A DNA stretch of 64,000 bases, taken from positions 32,001 to 96,000 of the forward strand of contig JBDRQD010000046.1 in assembly GCA_043826455.1 (NCBI GenBank), written 5' to 3'. Shown piece by piece: positions 1 to 9,786 of this stretch (position 1 is the first letter of the stretch; every line of letters starts with the position of its first letter). The stretch is from Candidatus Bathyarchaeota archaeon. GTDB taxonomy: Archaea > Thermoproteota > Bathyarchaeia > TCS64. The notes beneath the pieces are model-generated. The model saw only the letters and a program-made list of their open reading frames with translations, was not told the origin of the DNA and made no database searches. Position numbers and translations under genes: made by a program.

Positions 1-30
1 GTCCGCCGGTATGTCGTATGCGGTTGTCAT
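1..30 (-). CDS. rps19e: 30S ribosomal protein S19e, 5' end only (runs off window)
   Basis: Reverse complement of 1-30 reads ATG ACA ACC GCA TAC GAC ATA CCG GCG GAC = MTTAYDIPAD, the typical archaeal eS19 N-terminus. Confidence 0.75.
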   Translation of the reverse strand, partial: MTTAYDIPAD

Positions 31-400
31 TTTCCTTCTTCCCAGATGCTTGAACCATACAGGGTTCCGGCATATATACCTAGCCTTTTCCTGTAGGTTT
101 CAGCAACTCATAACCTCAGAATTAAAATAAAAGGGTTTAGGCGCACGGAGGACGGAGGGAGATGCGCCTCGGTGGGTTCAGGGGGCTGGTAGACGCAGCT
201 GTCTGCAGGTTTTTCGTATTTTTTAGGTGATTTAACGCCTGTGTGATGAATGTGGTTTTTAACACTTTTATGTTAATTTCCGGGGGCCATAACCATCGTC
301 ATACATCGATATACCAGTAGTTTACCACAGGTTTACGCTCGTTAACAGATTAAAGTGATAAACAAGTATAGATTAATGGTCTGTAAAGAGGATCAAGAAG

Positions 401-886
401 ATGAAGAGACGAAACATCGCCCTGATGGTACTTCTCCTAGCCATGGCCGGGGTGACCTACACCCAGGCCTTCACCCTCACCCCCCTACAACAGGTGGCCG
501 AATTCTACGAGGCCACGACGACTGAATCTGATAGAGCCATATCCAACTTCAGGTCCAGGCCCCTGGGCAAGAACAAGATACTCATAACCTTCACTCTGAG
601 CGCAGGGACCCAGGACGCCAACGTGACCGTGCAGCCCATGGATGTAGACGGAAACATACTGACTAGTCAGGGTACCGGGTCACTGATACAGTACAAGGCG
701 GGAACAGGGAACCTGGTGAGCTGGAGAACTTTCCCCGTAGCAGGCGAGGAGATGTTCTTCTTCTACGAGTACAACAGCACTACAGGCCCAGGCTACCCGG
801 GGCCGGTGGACATCAGGGTGCTGTTCGCGATACCCAACATCGTGCTGAACTATGAGACCTGCCTGGTAGAGGTAAGGGACTACTGA
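401..886 (+). CDS. Hypothetical secreted protein
   Basis: 161 aa ORF with a signal-peptide-like N-terminus (MKRRNIALMVLLLAMAG) and a beta-rich mature region. Confidence 0.7.
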   Translation: MKRRNIALMVLLLAMAGVTYTQAFTLTPLQQVAEFYEATTTESDRAISNFRSRPLGKNKILITFTLSAGTQDANVTVQPMDVDGNILTSQGTGSLIQYKAGTGNLVSWRTFPVAGEEMFFFYEYNSTTGPGYPGPVDIRVLFAIPNIVLNYETCLVEVRDY

Positions 887-897
887 GAGGACTGGGG

Positions 898-1596
898 ATG
901 AGTGGGCAGAAGCTGTGCGTCTTCGTACAAGGAAGACTCTGCCCATTCCCTACCCAGGAGCTGCCCCTCCAGACGTGCCAAGTGTGCGTGGAGGCTTGGA
1001 AGACCGAGCTCACCATGAAGGCCCAGAGCCAGGCAACTGAGGCTCCCCTCAGGACGTTGACCGTCGCCCACGACGGCTCAGTGGCTGAGGCCCGGGAGAC
1101 CCTGAACAGGCTCAACGAGCTGGACGAGCTCTTCATGGGGGACAACCTGGACCCCATGGACTATGTGAGGCTCAGGAAGGAGCACATAGGCAAGCTGGCA
1201 TCGAACGACAGGCCCAGGCTCGTGCTGGAGGCCCTGGACGGGGAGACCGCGGCTCAGCCAACGCTCAGGGACACCCGACTGGTCCTGGTAGTGAGAAGCT
1301 TCCTGGGCGACAAGACGCACACCTATCCTCAGGGCTGGGACGCGCCTGAGGCCCTCAGCGAGGGAGTCATAGACCAGTTGTTCAAGCTGGCCGAGAGCAA
1401 GAAGGCTGAGGACATCAGGGCGGGGGCCGGGGGATACAGGTTCGCCTGCGTCCGCCACGGCAAGGGCAAATTACTGCTCATGGTGCTGGACGGCGACGAG
1501 GAGTTCGAGACCTACGAGGACGAGATAAGGCGCCTCTCCAAGGTGTTCAAGGGAGAGGGCCACTGGGTCAAGACCCTGAGAGAGATGAGAGGCTAG
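898..1596 (+). CDS. Hypothetical protein with N-terminal Cys cluster and possible longin/roadblock-like C-terminal domain
   Basis: 232 aa, 11 bp downstream of the previous gene; C-x7-C-x10-CxxC at the N-terminus; the C-terminal fold is a guess. Confidence 0.65.
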   Translation: MSGQKLCVFVQGRLCPFPTQELPLQTCQVCVEAWKTELTMKAQSQATEAPLRTLTVAHDGSVAEARETLNRLNELDELFMGDNLDPMDYVRLRKEHIGKLASNDRPRLVLEALDGETAAQPTLRDTRLVLVVRSFLGDKTHTYPQGWDAPEALSEGVIDQLFKLAESKKAEDIRAGAGGYRFACVRHGKGKLLLMVLDGDEEFETYEDEIRRLSKVFKGEGHWVKTLREMRG

Positions 1597-2519
1597 CCCT
1601 CCAGGTACCTTTTATCCAGTTTAGCAACCACCGTGTAGAGGGGGTCCACTATCTGGGCAACCCTTGCCTTGGCGGCCTGGCTCAGGAACATGTAAGCGTC
1701 GTCTCTGCTCCACCCGTAGTCAGTCATCCAGTGGATGAGCTCACGGTAGGCCAGGCGGGCCGCGTCCTCCAGGGGCCTAGCGCTGCACACGGCCATGATC
1801 TCTGAGGTGCTCTCTACTCTGGGCCAGGCTATGGTCTTGTGCTCTACGCTGAACCTAAGCTTCACGGTGGCCTCCACCTCGATGGCTGTGCCGCATATCT
1901 CGCCGTCGCCCTGGACGGCGTGTACGTCGCCTAGGCCGAAGAGGGCGCCCCTCTGGGACACGGGCAGGCTGAGTCGGTTCCCCGGCTTTATGTCGGGGCA
2001 GTCCATGTTGCCTCCGTGGGGGCCAGGCGCCAGGGTCTGGATGGCCTCGTGAGCCGGGGAGACGCCTATGGTGCCTATGAAGGGGTCGACGGGAATCTCC
2101 AGGACCTTGCCGTGGTCCGCCTCGTAGAGGACCTTACCGTCCTTGATGGCGCAGACCTTGGTCCTGGGCTCCATGAGGTTCAGCCAGCCTTCCAGTGCCC
2201 CGAAGCCGGGTATGATGCTGGCGGCGCCCCACTGGGGGAGATCGATGCCCAGGAGCTCCACGACAAGGGTGTCACCGGGCTCAGCCCCCTCCACGTATAT
2301 GGGGCCTGTCACCGGGTTCAAGGCGCCCACGAGGCCCTTCTCGGCCGCGTCCTGGAAGCTCTGGGTGGGGGACACAACGCCGCCGTAGGCGTCCCAGGTC
2401 TCCACATCCACAGTCTCCCCGGGCCTGACCCTGGCCACTGACGGGGTGTAGGGGTTGAGGGTGGAGTTATCCTTGGCGGTGAGCTGATCCCTCTCCTTGC
2501 GCTTGATCAGTTTAACCAT
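1593..2519 (-). CDS. Acetamidase/formamidase family protein
   Basis: Motifs NPVTGPIYVEGAEPGD, GPHGGNMD, GDVHAVQGDGEICGTAIE. Start moved to ATG 2519 (MVKLIKR). Confidence 0.9.
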   Translation of the reverse strand: MVKLIKRKERDQLTAKDNSTLNPYTPSVARVRPGETVDVETWDAYGGVVSPTQSFQDAAEKGLVGALNPVTGPIYVEGAEPGDTLVVELLGIDLPQWGAASIIPGFGALEGWLNLMEPRTKVCAIKDGKVLYEADHGKVLEIPVDPFIGTIGVSPAHEAIQTLAPGPHGGNMDCPDIKPGNRLSLPVSQRGALFGLGDVHAVQGDGEICGTAIEVEATVKLRFSVEHKTIAWPRVESTSEIMAVCSARPLEDAARLAYRELIHWMTDYGWSRDDAYMFLSQAAKARVAQIVDPLYTVVAKLDKRYLEG

Positions 2520-2660
2520 ACGACCACGGGTAGCCATGGGTTTCAGAGGGATTAAACGGTTGCCCGCCTGGGCGACGGCAAAAACGGAAAGAATAAAAAT
2601 AGGGGGTGTGGTTGTCATATAGCAGTCCGATAGGACAGACTATCAATAGAGGTGAAAAGT

Positions 2661-2963
2661 ATGGAATACATGTATGCCGCTATGCTCCTACACAGCGCAG
2701 GCAAGAAGATCACAGAGGAAGCCATCACAGGCACGCTCACAGCGGCGGGACTCAAGCCTGAACCCACAAGGGTCAAGGCCCTCGTCGCCGCCCTCTCAGA
2801 CATCAACATCGATGAGGCCCTCAAGGCGCCCGTCTTCACGGCCGGCGCCGCCCCCGCCGCTGCTCCGGCAGCCGCTGAGGAGGAGGCCGCTCCCGCTGAG
2901 GAGCCTGAAGAGGAGAAGAAGGAAGAGGAAGACCTGCAGGGTCTCGGCGCCCTCTTCGGCTAA
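2661..2963 (+). CDS. rpl12: 50S ribosomal stalk protein P1/L12
   Basis: [11 protein letters not shown] start, Ala/Glu-rich hinge, GLGALFG C-terminus; GAGGTGA Shine-Dalgarno before ATG 2661. Confidence 0.95.
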   Translation: MEYMYAAMLLHSAGKKITEEAITGTLTAAGLKPEPTRVKALVAALSDINIDEALKAPVFTAGAAPAAAPAAAEEEAAPAEEPEEEKKEEEDLQGLGALFG

Positions 2964-3108
2964 GTCTCCCCAAGTTTCTTTTAGGTATATCCACCCTATC
3001 CTAGTTTTAGGAGCCTGACCGTATGCAGATACCAACAGATAGCTTACATCTCGTTTATGTGCCTAAGATATCCTTAAATGATTTACAAATGCAACTAAGG
3101 TGGTTTAA

Positions 3109-4887
3109 TTGATTAGTTCTGACAAATTGAAAAAGATGTACTTGGAGTTTTTCCAAAAAAACGGACATAAAGTAATTGCGAACGCATCTCTTATACCAGA
3201 AAACGACCCAACCGCATTATTCATCTCAGCTGGGATGCACCCACTTGTACCATACCTACTGGGTCAACCGCATCCAAGTGGGAAAAAACTCGTAAACGTA
3301 CAGAAATGCCTCAGAACTAGCGACATCGATGAAGTGGGGGATAGTTTCCACCTGAGCTTCTTTGAGATGCTGGGAAACTGGTCTCTCGGAGACTACTTCA
3401 AGGAAGAATCAATTCCGTGGAGCTACGAGTTTCTCACGAGCAAAGAATGGCTCAATATCGATAAAAATAAGCTAAGTGTCACAGTCTTCGAAGGAGACGA
3501 AAAAGCACCAAGAGACACAGAAAGCGCGAAGATATGGGAAGGACTTGGAGTCCCCAAAGATCGAATATTCTATCTGCCTAGAGAGGATAACTGGTGGGGC
3601 CCCATAGGCAGCACTGGGCCATGTGGACCTGACACCGAGATGTTCTATGACACGGGTAAAGAGCCGTGCGGAAGTGAATGTAAGCCTGGTTGCTCCTGCG
3701 GAAAATTCAATGAGATATGGAACAATGTCTTCATGGAGTACAATAGAACCTCAGACGGAGAGTATGAACTGCTTGAACAGAAGAACGTTGACACGGGGAT
3801 GGGGGTTGAGCGAACAGTCGCGGTTTTACAGGGAAAGGATAACGTATATGAGACCGAGATATTCGCTCCCTTAATTGAAAAAATTATAGAACTTGCTGGT
3901 AATGGAGTAATCCCCTATGAAATCCCTGAAAATCAGATTAGAAGCGTCAGAATAATATGTGATCATTCTCGTGCAGCCACTTTTCTTCTAGCCGAAGGAA
4001 TAGTTCCTTTGAATGTGGAGCAAGGATACGTTTTAAGGAGAGTCATTAGAGGAGCTATCAGACACGGAAAACTGATAGGAATAGAAGACGAGTTCCTAAG
4101 CATACTAGCTCAGATCGTAATAGAAACATACTCTGAAGATTACCCTCACCTAAAGTCGAGTGAAGACTTTATCGTAACCGAGCTAGGAGAAGAGTACAAG
4201 AAATTTAACAACACACTGGCAAGGGGTTTAAACAGATTCAATAGAATAGCCAGAAACAATAAAAAAATCGACGGCAAGGACGCGTTCCTACTTTACCAGA
4301 GCTTTGGCTTCCCAATAGAAATAACGAAGGAGCTGGGGAAGGAGAACGGCATCTTCGTTGATGTAGATGGATTTCATGAGGAGTTCGAGAAACATCAAGA
4401 AGTGTCCAGAGCCAGCGCTGACAAAAAGTTTGGGAGCGGTCTAGCTGACACGGCTGACGAGACGGTGAAACTGCACACCGCGACACACTTGCTCAATGAG
4501 GCGTTGAGACGGGTCTTGGGGAAAGATATCACCCAGAAGGGCTCAAACATAACACAGGAGCGTCTACGGTTTGACTTCAACTTCGACAGAAAGCTATCTG
4601 ACGAAGAGATTGAGGAAGTGGAAAAGGTGGTTAACGAGCAGATCAGGAAAGCTCTTCCAGTTAAGAGAATTGAGACTACATTAGACAAAGCAATAAAGAT
4701 GGGGAGTCAGGCGGTGTTCGAGCAGAAATACGGGGAAAAGGTCTCGGTATATTCTGTTGGTGGCTTCTCGACGGAGCTATGCAGCGGCCCACATGTGAAG
4801 AATACGCGTGAGCTTGGACGATTTAAGATAGTTAAGGAAGAAGGTATCTCCGCAGGCGTCCGCAGGATAAGAGCAGTCCTCGAATAA
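3109..4887 (+). CDS. alaS: Alanine--tRNA ligase, short form lacking C-Ala
   Basis: QKCLRT, FFEMLGNWS, WWGPIGSTGPCGP, DTGMGVER; editing domain HTATH...CSGPH; ends GVRRIRAV at 592 aa. Confidence 0.95.
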   Translation: MISSDKLKKMYLEFFQKNGHKVIANASLIPENDPTALFISAGMHPLVPYLLGQPHPSGKKLVNVQKCLRTSDIDEVGDSFHLSFFEMLGNWSLGDYFKEESIPWSYEFLTSKEWLNIDKNKLSVTVFEGDEKAPRDTESAKIWEGLGVPKDRIFYLPREDNWWGPIGSTGPCGPDTEMFYDTGKEPCGSECKPGCSCGKFNEIWNNVFMEYNRTSDGEYELLEQKNVDTGMGVERTVAVLQGKDNVYETEIFAPLIEKIIELAGNGVIPYEIPENQIRSVRIICDHSRAATFLLAEGIVPLNVEQGYVLRRVIRGAIRHGKLIGIEDEFLSILAQIVIETYSEDYPHLKSSEDFIVTELGEEYKKFNNTLARGLNRFNRIARNNKKIDGKDAFLLYQSFGFPIEITKELGKENGIFVDVDGFHEEFEKHQEVSRASADKKFGSGLADTADETVKLHTATHLLNEALRRVLGKDITQKGSNITQERLRFDFNFDRKLSDEEIEEVEKVVNEQIRKALPVKRIETTLDKAIKMGSQAVFEQKYGEKVSVYSVGGFSTELCSGPHVKNTRELGRFKIVKEEGISAGVRRIRAVLE

Positions 4888-5010
4888 CTGGGCTCCAACC
4901 CAACTCCACCGGGATATTTGTTTCGAAACCAAAAATAGGCAACCGTTTTTACTCATAACCTTTATTCTAGCAGCGTCCAAGAATCACATTGGTTAGAGGA
5001 TAGAGCGCAT

Positions 5011-7926
5011 ATGGTTGACTGGAAACAGATCGAGGAGAAGTGGCAGAAACGGTGGGCCGAGGCAAAGGCATTCGAGACCGACCCCGACCCCGACAAGCCC
5101 AAGTTCTACCTGACAGTGGCGTACCCCTACCCCAACAGCCCCCAGCACATCGGCCACGGCCGCACGTACACCCTGACCGATGTGCACGCCAGGTACAAGC
5201 GGATGCACGGCTACAACGTGCTCCTGCCCATGGCCTGGCACTATACTGGTACTCCGCTGTTCGCCATGGTGGAGCGGCTTAAGGAGAAGGACCCAGCCCT
5301 CCTCGACACCTTCCTCAACCTTTACAACATCCCCAAGAAGAAGCTCAAAAGCCTGGAGGACCCCATCGCCATGGCCGAGTACTTCGCAGAGGAGATCAAG
5401 CACGGGATGCAGCGCATCGGGTACAGCATTGACTGGCGCCGCGAGTTCACTACGGTGGACGAGTACTACCACAAGTTCATAGAGTGGCAGTTCGAGAAGC
5501 TGCGGCAGCGCGGCTACATCACCCAGGGCAGCCACCCCGTGGGCTGGTGCCCAGGCTGCGGCAACCCCGTGGGCCAGCACGACACCGTGGGCGACAAGGA
5601 GCCCGAGATCGAGGAGTTCACGGTCATCAAGTTCACCAAGGACGACATGGTGTTCCCGGCGGGAACCCTGCGCCCCGAGACCGTGTTCGGGGTCACCAAC
5701 ATGTGGCTCAACCCCGACGCCGTCTACGTGGAGGCCAGGGTGGACGACGAGACCTGGGTGGTGAGCGCCGAGGCAGCCGACAAGATGCAGCTCCTGGGCC
5801 ACAAGTTGGAGATCATCAGCGAGTTCCAGGGAAGCCGCTTCATAGGCGCCACCCTCACCAACCCGGCCACAGGCAGAGAGATGCCCATACTGCCCGCCAC
5901 CTTCGTGGACCCCAAGGCGGTCACAGGCGTCGTCATGTCGGTGCCCGCCCACGCACCCTTCGACCTAGTCGCACTGGAGCAGCTGAAGCGGGACGTGAAG
6001 AAGAGCCCCAAGGACTACAAGTTCAAGCCCGAGGCCGTGAAGGACCTGGCGCCCATAAGCGTCATAGAGGCCAACGGCTACGGGGAGAGCCCCGCCGTGG
6101 ACGTCGTAGCCAAGATGGGCATCACCGACCAGAACGACGAGAGGCTCGAGAAGGCCACCAAGGAGGTTTACAGCGCAGAGTTCCACGGGGGCAGGATGAG
6201 AGGCAACACAGGCCAGTACTCTTCGCTACCCGTCCAGCAGGCCAAGGAGGCCGTCAAGCAGGACATGATCGCCAAGGGCACCGCCACCACCATGTACGAG
6301 CTCCTGGAGCCCATCAGGTGCCGCTGCGGCTCAGAGGTGGTCGTCAAGATATTCGAGAACCAGTGGTTCATCAACTACGGCGACCCGGCCTGGAAGAGGC
6401 TGGCCCACGAGAACATCGAGGCCATGGACATAGTGCCCAGGGAGCTACGGCAGGAGTACCATAACGTCATCGACTGGCTCAGAGAGAAGGCGTGCGCAAG
6501 GAAGGCCGGCCTGGGCACCAAGCTGCCCTGGGCCGAGGACTGGATCATCGAGGCCCTGAGCGACTCTGTGATTTACATGGCCTACTACACGGTCATCAAG
6601 GGCATCAACGAAGTGAAGCCGGAGCCCGAGCAGCTGACGGAGGACTTCTGGGACTACGTGTTCCTGGGCAGGGGCGACCCCCTGAAGGTGAGCGTCAAGA
6701 CAGGGTTCCCGGAGGATAAGCTGGGGGAGCTGCGCAGGGAGTTCACCTACTTCTACCCCATGGACGCCAGGCACAGCGGCCGCGACCTCATCAGCAACCA
6801 CCTCACATACATGGTGTTCTGCCACGACGGCATCTGGCCCAGAGACATGTGGCCCAGGGGCATCTACGTCAACGGCTCGGTGCTCATGGAGGGCGCCAAG
6901 ATGAGCAAGAGCCTCAACAACATAATACCCCTGATAAACGCCATCGACTTGTTCGGGGCCGACCCGCTGAGGCTGAGCCTCATGATCACCGCGGAGCCCC
7001 TCAAGGACGCCGACTTCAGCCCCGACCTGGCCAAGAGCATGAGGGACAACCTGGAGAAGTTCTACGCCAGGGCCCAGGAGATCATCAAGCAGGGCAAGGG
7101 CAGCCCCAAGGACCTGCGGGACATCGACCGCTGGATGCTCAGCAAGCTCCAGGGCTACATAGCCGAGGCCGACGAGGCCATGACCGAGCTGAAGATGAGG
7201 AAAACCATCCACGCCGCCCTATACGAGCTCAACCAGGACCTGGACTGGTACCTGAAACGCGTTGCCAGATACAGGGACAACAAGGACAGGAAGAAGGCCA
7301 TCCACCACGTGGAGTGGACTGTCCTGGACACCCAGGTCAGGATGCTCACCCCCTTCACACCCCACCTCAGCGAGGAGATATGGGAGATGATGAAAGGCGG
7401 CGGCTTCGTAGCCTTCGCCGAGTGGCCCAAGGTGGACCAGTCCCTCATCAGCAGGGACAGCGAGGAGCTGGAGAGGATAATCCAGAACAGCCTGGAGGAC
7501 GTCCAGAACATCACCAAGGTCACCAACATAACTCCGGCCAAGGTCCACTTCTACGCCGCCGACGGCTGGAAGTGGAAGATATACTTGAAGGCCCTGGAGC
7601 TGGCCAGGAGGAGCACCCTGGACGTGGGCACCCTCATCAAGGAGAGCTTCAAGGACGAGGAGATGAAGGTCCGCAGCAAGGTGGTGCCCGGCTTCGCCCG
7701 CGCCCTGGTGGACGACGTCATAAAGCTGCCCGCCCAAGACGTGGAGATGCGCCTCAAGATGGGGCAGCTCAACGAGGTCACCATACTGCAGGACGCCTCC
7801 AGCTTCCTGGAGGCCGAGTTCGGGTGCCCCGTGGTGTTCTCAGGGGAGTCTGACCCCTGGGTAGAGGACCCCGCCAAGCGCGCCAACAGGTCCAAGCCCT
7901 ACAGGCCGGCCATCTACGTCGAGTAG
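5011..7926 (+). CDS. leuS: Leucine--tRNA ligase (archaeal type)
   Basis: AYPYPNSPQHIGH (HIGH), TLRPET, KMSKS, C-terminal PYRPAIYVE. Confidence 0.97.
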   Translation: MVDWKQIEEKWQKRWAEAKAFETDPDPDKPKFYLTVAYPYPNSPQHIGHGRTYTLTDVHARYKRMHGYNVLLPMAWHYTGTPLFAMVERLKEKDPALLDTFLNLYNIPKKKLKSLEDPIAMAEYFAEEIKHGMQRIGYSIDWRREFTTVDEYYHKFIEWQFEKLRQRGYITQGSHPVGWCPGCGNPVGQHDTVGDKEPEIEEFTVIKFTKDDMVFPAGTLRPETVFGVTNMWLNPDAVYVEARVDDETWVVSAEAADKMQLLGHKLEIISEFQGSRFIGATLTNPATGREMPILPATFVDPKAVTGVVMSVPAHAPFDLVALEQLKRDVKKSPKDYKFKPEAVKDLAPISVIEANGYGESPAVDVVAKMGITDQNDERLEKATKEVYSAEFHGGRMRGNTGQYSSLPVQQAKEAVKQDMIAKGTATTMYELLEPIRCRCGSEVVVKIFENQWFINYGDPAWKRLAHENIEAMDIVPRELRQEYHNVIDWLREKACARKAGLGTKLPWAEDWIIEALSDSVIYMAYYTVIKGINEVKPEPEQLTEDFWDYVFLGRGDPLKVSVKTGFPEDKLGELRREFTYFYPMDARHSGRDLISNHLTYMVFCHDGIWPRDMWPRGIYVNGSVLMEGAKMSKSLNNIIPLINAIDLFGADPLRLSLMITAEPLKDADFSPDLAKSMRDNLEKFYARAQEIIKQGKGSPKDLRDIDRWMLSKLQGYIAEADEAMTELKMRKTIHAALYELNQDLDWYLKRVARYRDNKDRKKAIHHVEWTVLDTQVRMLTPFTPHLSEEIWEMMKGGGFVAFAEWPKVDQSLISRDSEELERIIQNSLEDVQNITKVTNITPAKVHFYAADGWKWKIYLKALELARRSTLDVGTLIKESFKDEEMKVRSKVVPGFARALVDDVIKLPAQDVEMRLKMGQLNEVTILQDASSFLEAEFGCPVVFSGESDPWVEDPAKRANRSKPYRPAIYVE

Positions 7927-7955
7927 AGGCCCTAATTTATATTTTACAGGTTTTT

Positions 7956-8017
7956 AAGCACGAAGAAAAAGATGGAAAATTTTTTCCGCCTTATATCCTC
8001 TAGGACGGTACAAGCCA
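7956..8017 (-). repeat. Dispersed non-coding element, copy C (core only)
   Basis: gatggaaaattttttccgccttatatcctctaggacggtacaagcca is nearly identical to the reverse complement of 49271-49317. Confidence 0.85.
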
Positions 8018-8033
8018 GCTACAGTGACGGGGG

Positions 8034-8693
8034 CTACCCGATGTTTATCTTGACGCCACTGAAGCCGGCGTCGGTCCTGAACCTGCCCTCGAAGAGCTGG
8101 TGGAAGCCCTGGAACTGCTCGTCCAGGCCGTCCAGCTCGAACTTGTAGAAGCCGCCCCTCGTCCTTATCTCCAGCTTATAGTAGACCTGCTCCACGGCCT
8201 CGCCCCCCCTGCCCCTGCGGTCACTGAACAGGCTCACCGTCTCCACGGAGTCATTGGGCAACACCTCAGAGCCCGGGTTATCGGCAACCACAGCCTCGTA
8301 GGTCCACCCCATGAACCTGTCAGCGTACCTGAAGCTGGTGCCCAGCTGGGCGCCCCACTGGTCCCAGAACCCCTTACCCTCGCCCTTTGCCTTGTCCCTG
8401 GCCTCATTGACGGCCTTGTTGATGGCTTCCCCCGTGAGGGGCACCAGGATCATCCTCTGAGGCGTCACCAAGAGGTTGAAGGTGTCCCACCTGCCGAAGC
8501 TCTTAGGCTTCTTCAAGCCGGTGACGGCAATGACCACCACCTCACCCACCTGCTGGCCACGCGAACCCTGGGCTGCCAGCGGAGGCGACTGGGCCTGCTG
8601 AGGCGAAGCCGCCTGCTTCAAGGCAGCGCCGCAGTCGCTACAGAACTTGTCCCCAGGCTGCACCTGGGCCCCACAGTTGGAGCAGAAAGGCAT
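8034..8693 (-). CDS. Zinc-ribbon domain protein with putative PH-like domain
   Basis: MPFCSNCG...KFCSDCG zinc ribbon followed by a Q/P linker; start moved to ATG 8693. Confidence 0.8.
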   Translation of the reverse strand: MPFCSNCGAQVQPGDKFCSDCGAALKQAASPQQAQSPPLAAQGSRGQQVGEVVVIAVTGLKKPKSFGRWDTFNLLVTPQRMILVPLTGEAINKAVNEARDKAKGEGKGFWDQWGAQLGTSFRYADRFMGWTYEAVVADNPGSEVLPNDSVETVSLFSDRRGRGGEAVEQVYYKLEIRTRGGFYKFELDGLDEQFQGFHQLFEGRFRTDAGFSGVKINIG

Positions 8694-8796
8694 AACGATT
8701 CCTTCTATCAAGCGCCGCAGGCCCGTTTATCACCCTTTCGGGCAACTCGAAGGCGCCTGTAAAGGTTTTTATGGGCTCCACGTTCACTCGGAGTGA

Positions 8797-9786
8797 ATGA
8801 TAGCGCTAGGCGTCGAGTCCACGGCGGACAACCTGGGCATAGGCATAGTGTCCAGCGACAAACGCGTCCTAGCCAACATACTGGACGTCCACGTCCCCCA
8901 GGAGGGCGGCATCCACCCACGGGAGGCCGCCAGGCACCACAGCGAGCAGATGGGCGCCACCGTCAGGAAGGCCCTCGACACCGCCGGCATAAGCATCAGC
9001 GAGGTGGACATCATAGCCTTCGCCCAGGGACCCGGCCTCGGCCCCTGCCTCAGAACCGGAGCCACCAGCGCCCGCGCCCTCGCCAGCTACCTGAACAAGC
9101 CCCTGGTGGGCGTCAACCACTGCGTCGCCCACGTGGAGATAGGCCGCATGGCCACAGGCGCAGAGGACCCCCTCACCCTATACGTCTCGGGGGGCAACAC
9201 CATAGTCAGCGGCTACGAGTCGGGCAGGTACCGCATATTCGGGGAGACCCTGGATATAGCCGTGGGCAACTGCCTAGACAGCTTCGCCCGGGCCGCCGGC
9301 CTCGAGTACCCCGGAGGCCCCGACATAGAGCGGAAGGCCGCCCAGGGCGAGAAGCTGATACCGCTACCCTACACGGTGAAGGGCATGGACCTCAGCTACA
9401 GCGGCCTGCTGACGGCCATCACAGCCGAACTCCAGACGGGCAGGCACAGAATCGAGGACCTGTGCTTCAGCCTTCAGGAAACGGCCTACGCCATGCTGGG
9501 GGAGATCACGGAGCGGGCTCTGGCCCACACCGCCAAGCCCGAGCTGCTCCTAACCGGCGGCGTCGCCGCCAACAAGCGGCTGGGCAGCATCGTCAAGGCT
9601 ATCGCGGAGGAGCACGGCGCCAAGCCCTTCGTGGTACCGATAAGGCTGGCGGCGGACAACGGCGCCATGATCGCGTGGACAGGGATACTCGCGTACAACT
9701 CCGGCATCAGGACACCCATAGAGGAGAGCCTCGTGAACCCAAGCTGGAGAATGGATCAGGTGGAGGTACCATGGCGAAGCTCATAG
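8797..9786 (+). CDS. kae1: KEOPS t6A threonylcarbamoyltransferase Kae1/TsaD
   Basis: GGIHPREAARHH, GPGLGPCL, VNHCVAHVE, GETLDIAVGN, DNGAMIA. Confidence 0.96.
   Translation: MIALGVESTADNLGIGIVSSDKRVLANILDVHVPQEGGIHPREAARHHSEQMGATVRKALDTAGISISEVDIIAFAQGPGLGPCLRTGATSARALASYLNKPLVGVNHCVAHVEIGRMATGAEDPLTLYVSGGNTIVSGYESGRYRIFGETLDIAVGNCLDSFARAAGLEYPGGPDIERKAAQGEKLIPLPYTVKGMDLSYSGLLTAITAELQTGRHRIEDLCFSLQETAYAMLGEITERALAHTAKPELLLTGGVAANKRLGSIVKAIAEEHGAKPFVVPIRLAADNGAMIAWTGILAYNSGIRTPIEESLVNPSWRMDQVEVPWRSS

Noticed and set aside
139..169. aggcgca...tgcgcct inverted repeat
   Set aside because: A single 7-bp stem with a long loop is compatible with chance.
4993..7895. Long antisense and alternative-frame ORFs over leuS (likewise over hppA, the ATPase and the AORs)
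   Set aside because: Expected shadows of high-GC3 coding sequence, with no protein motifs.
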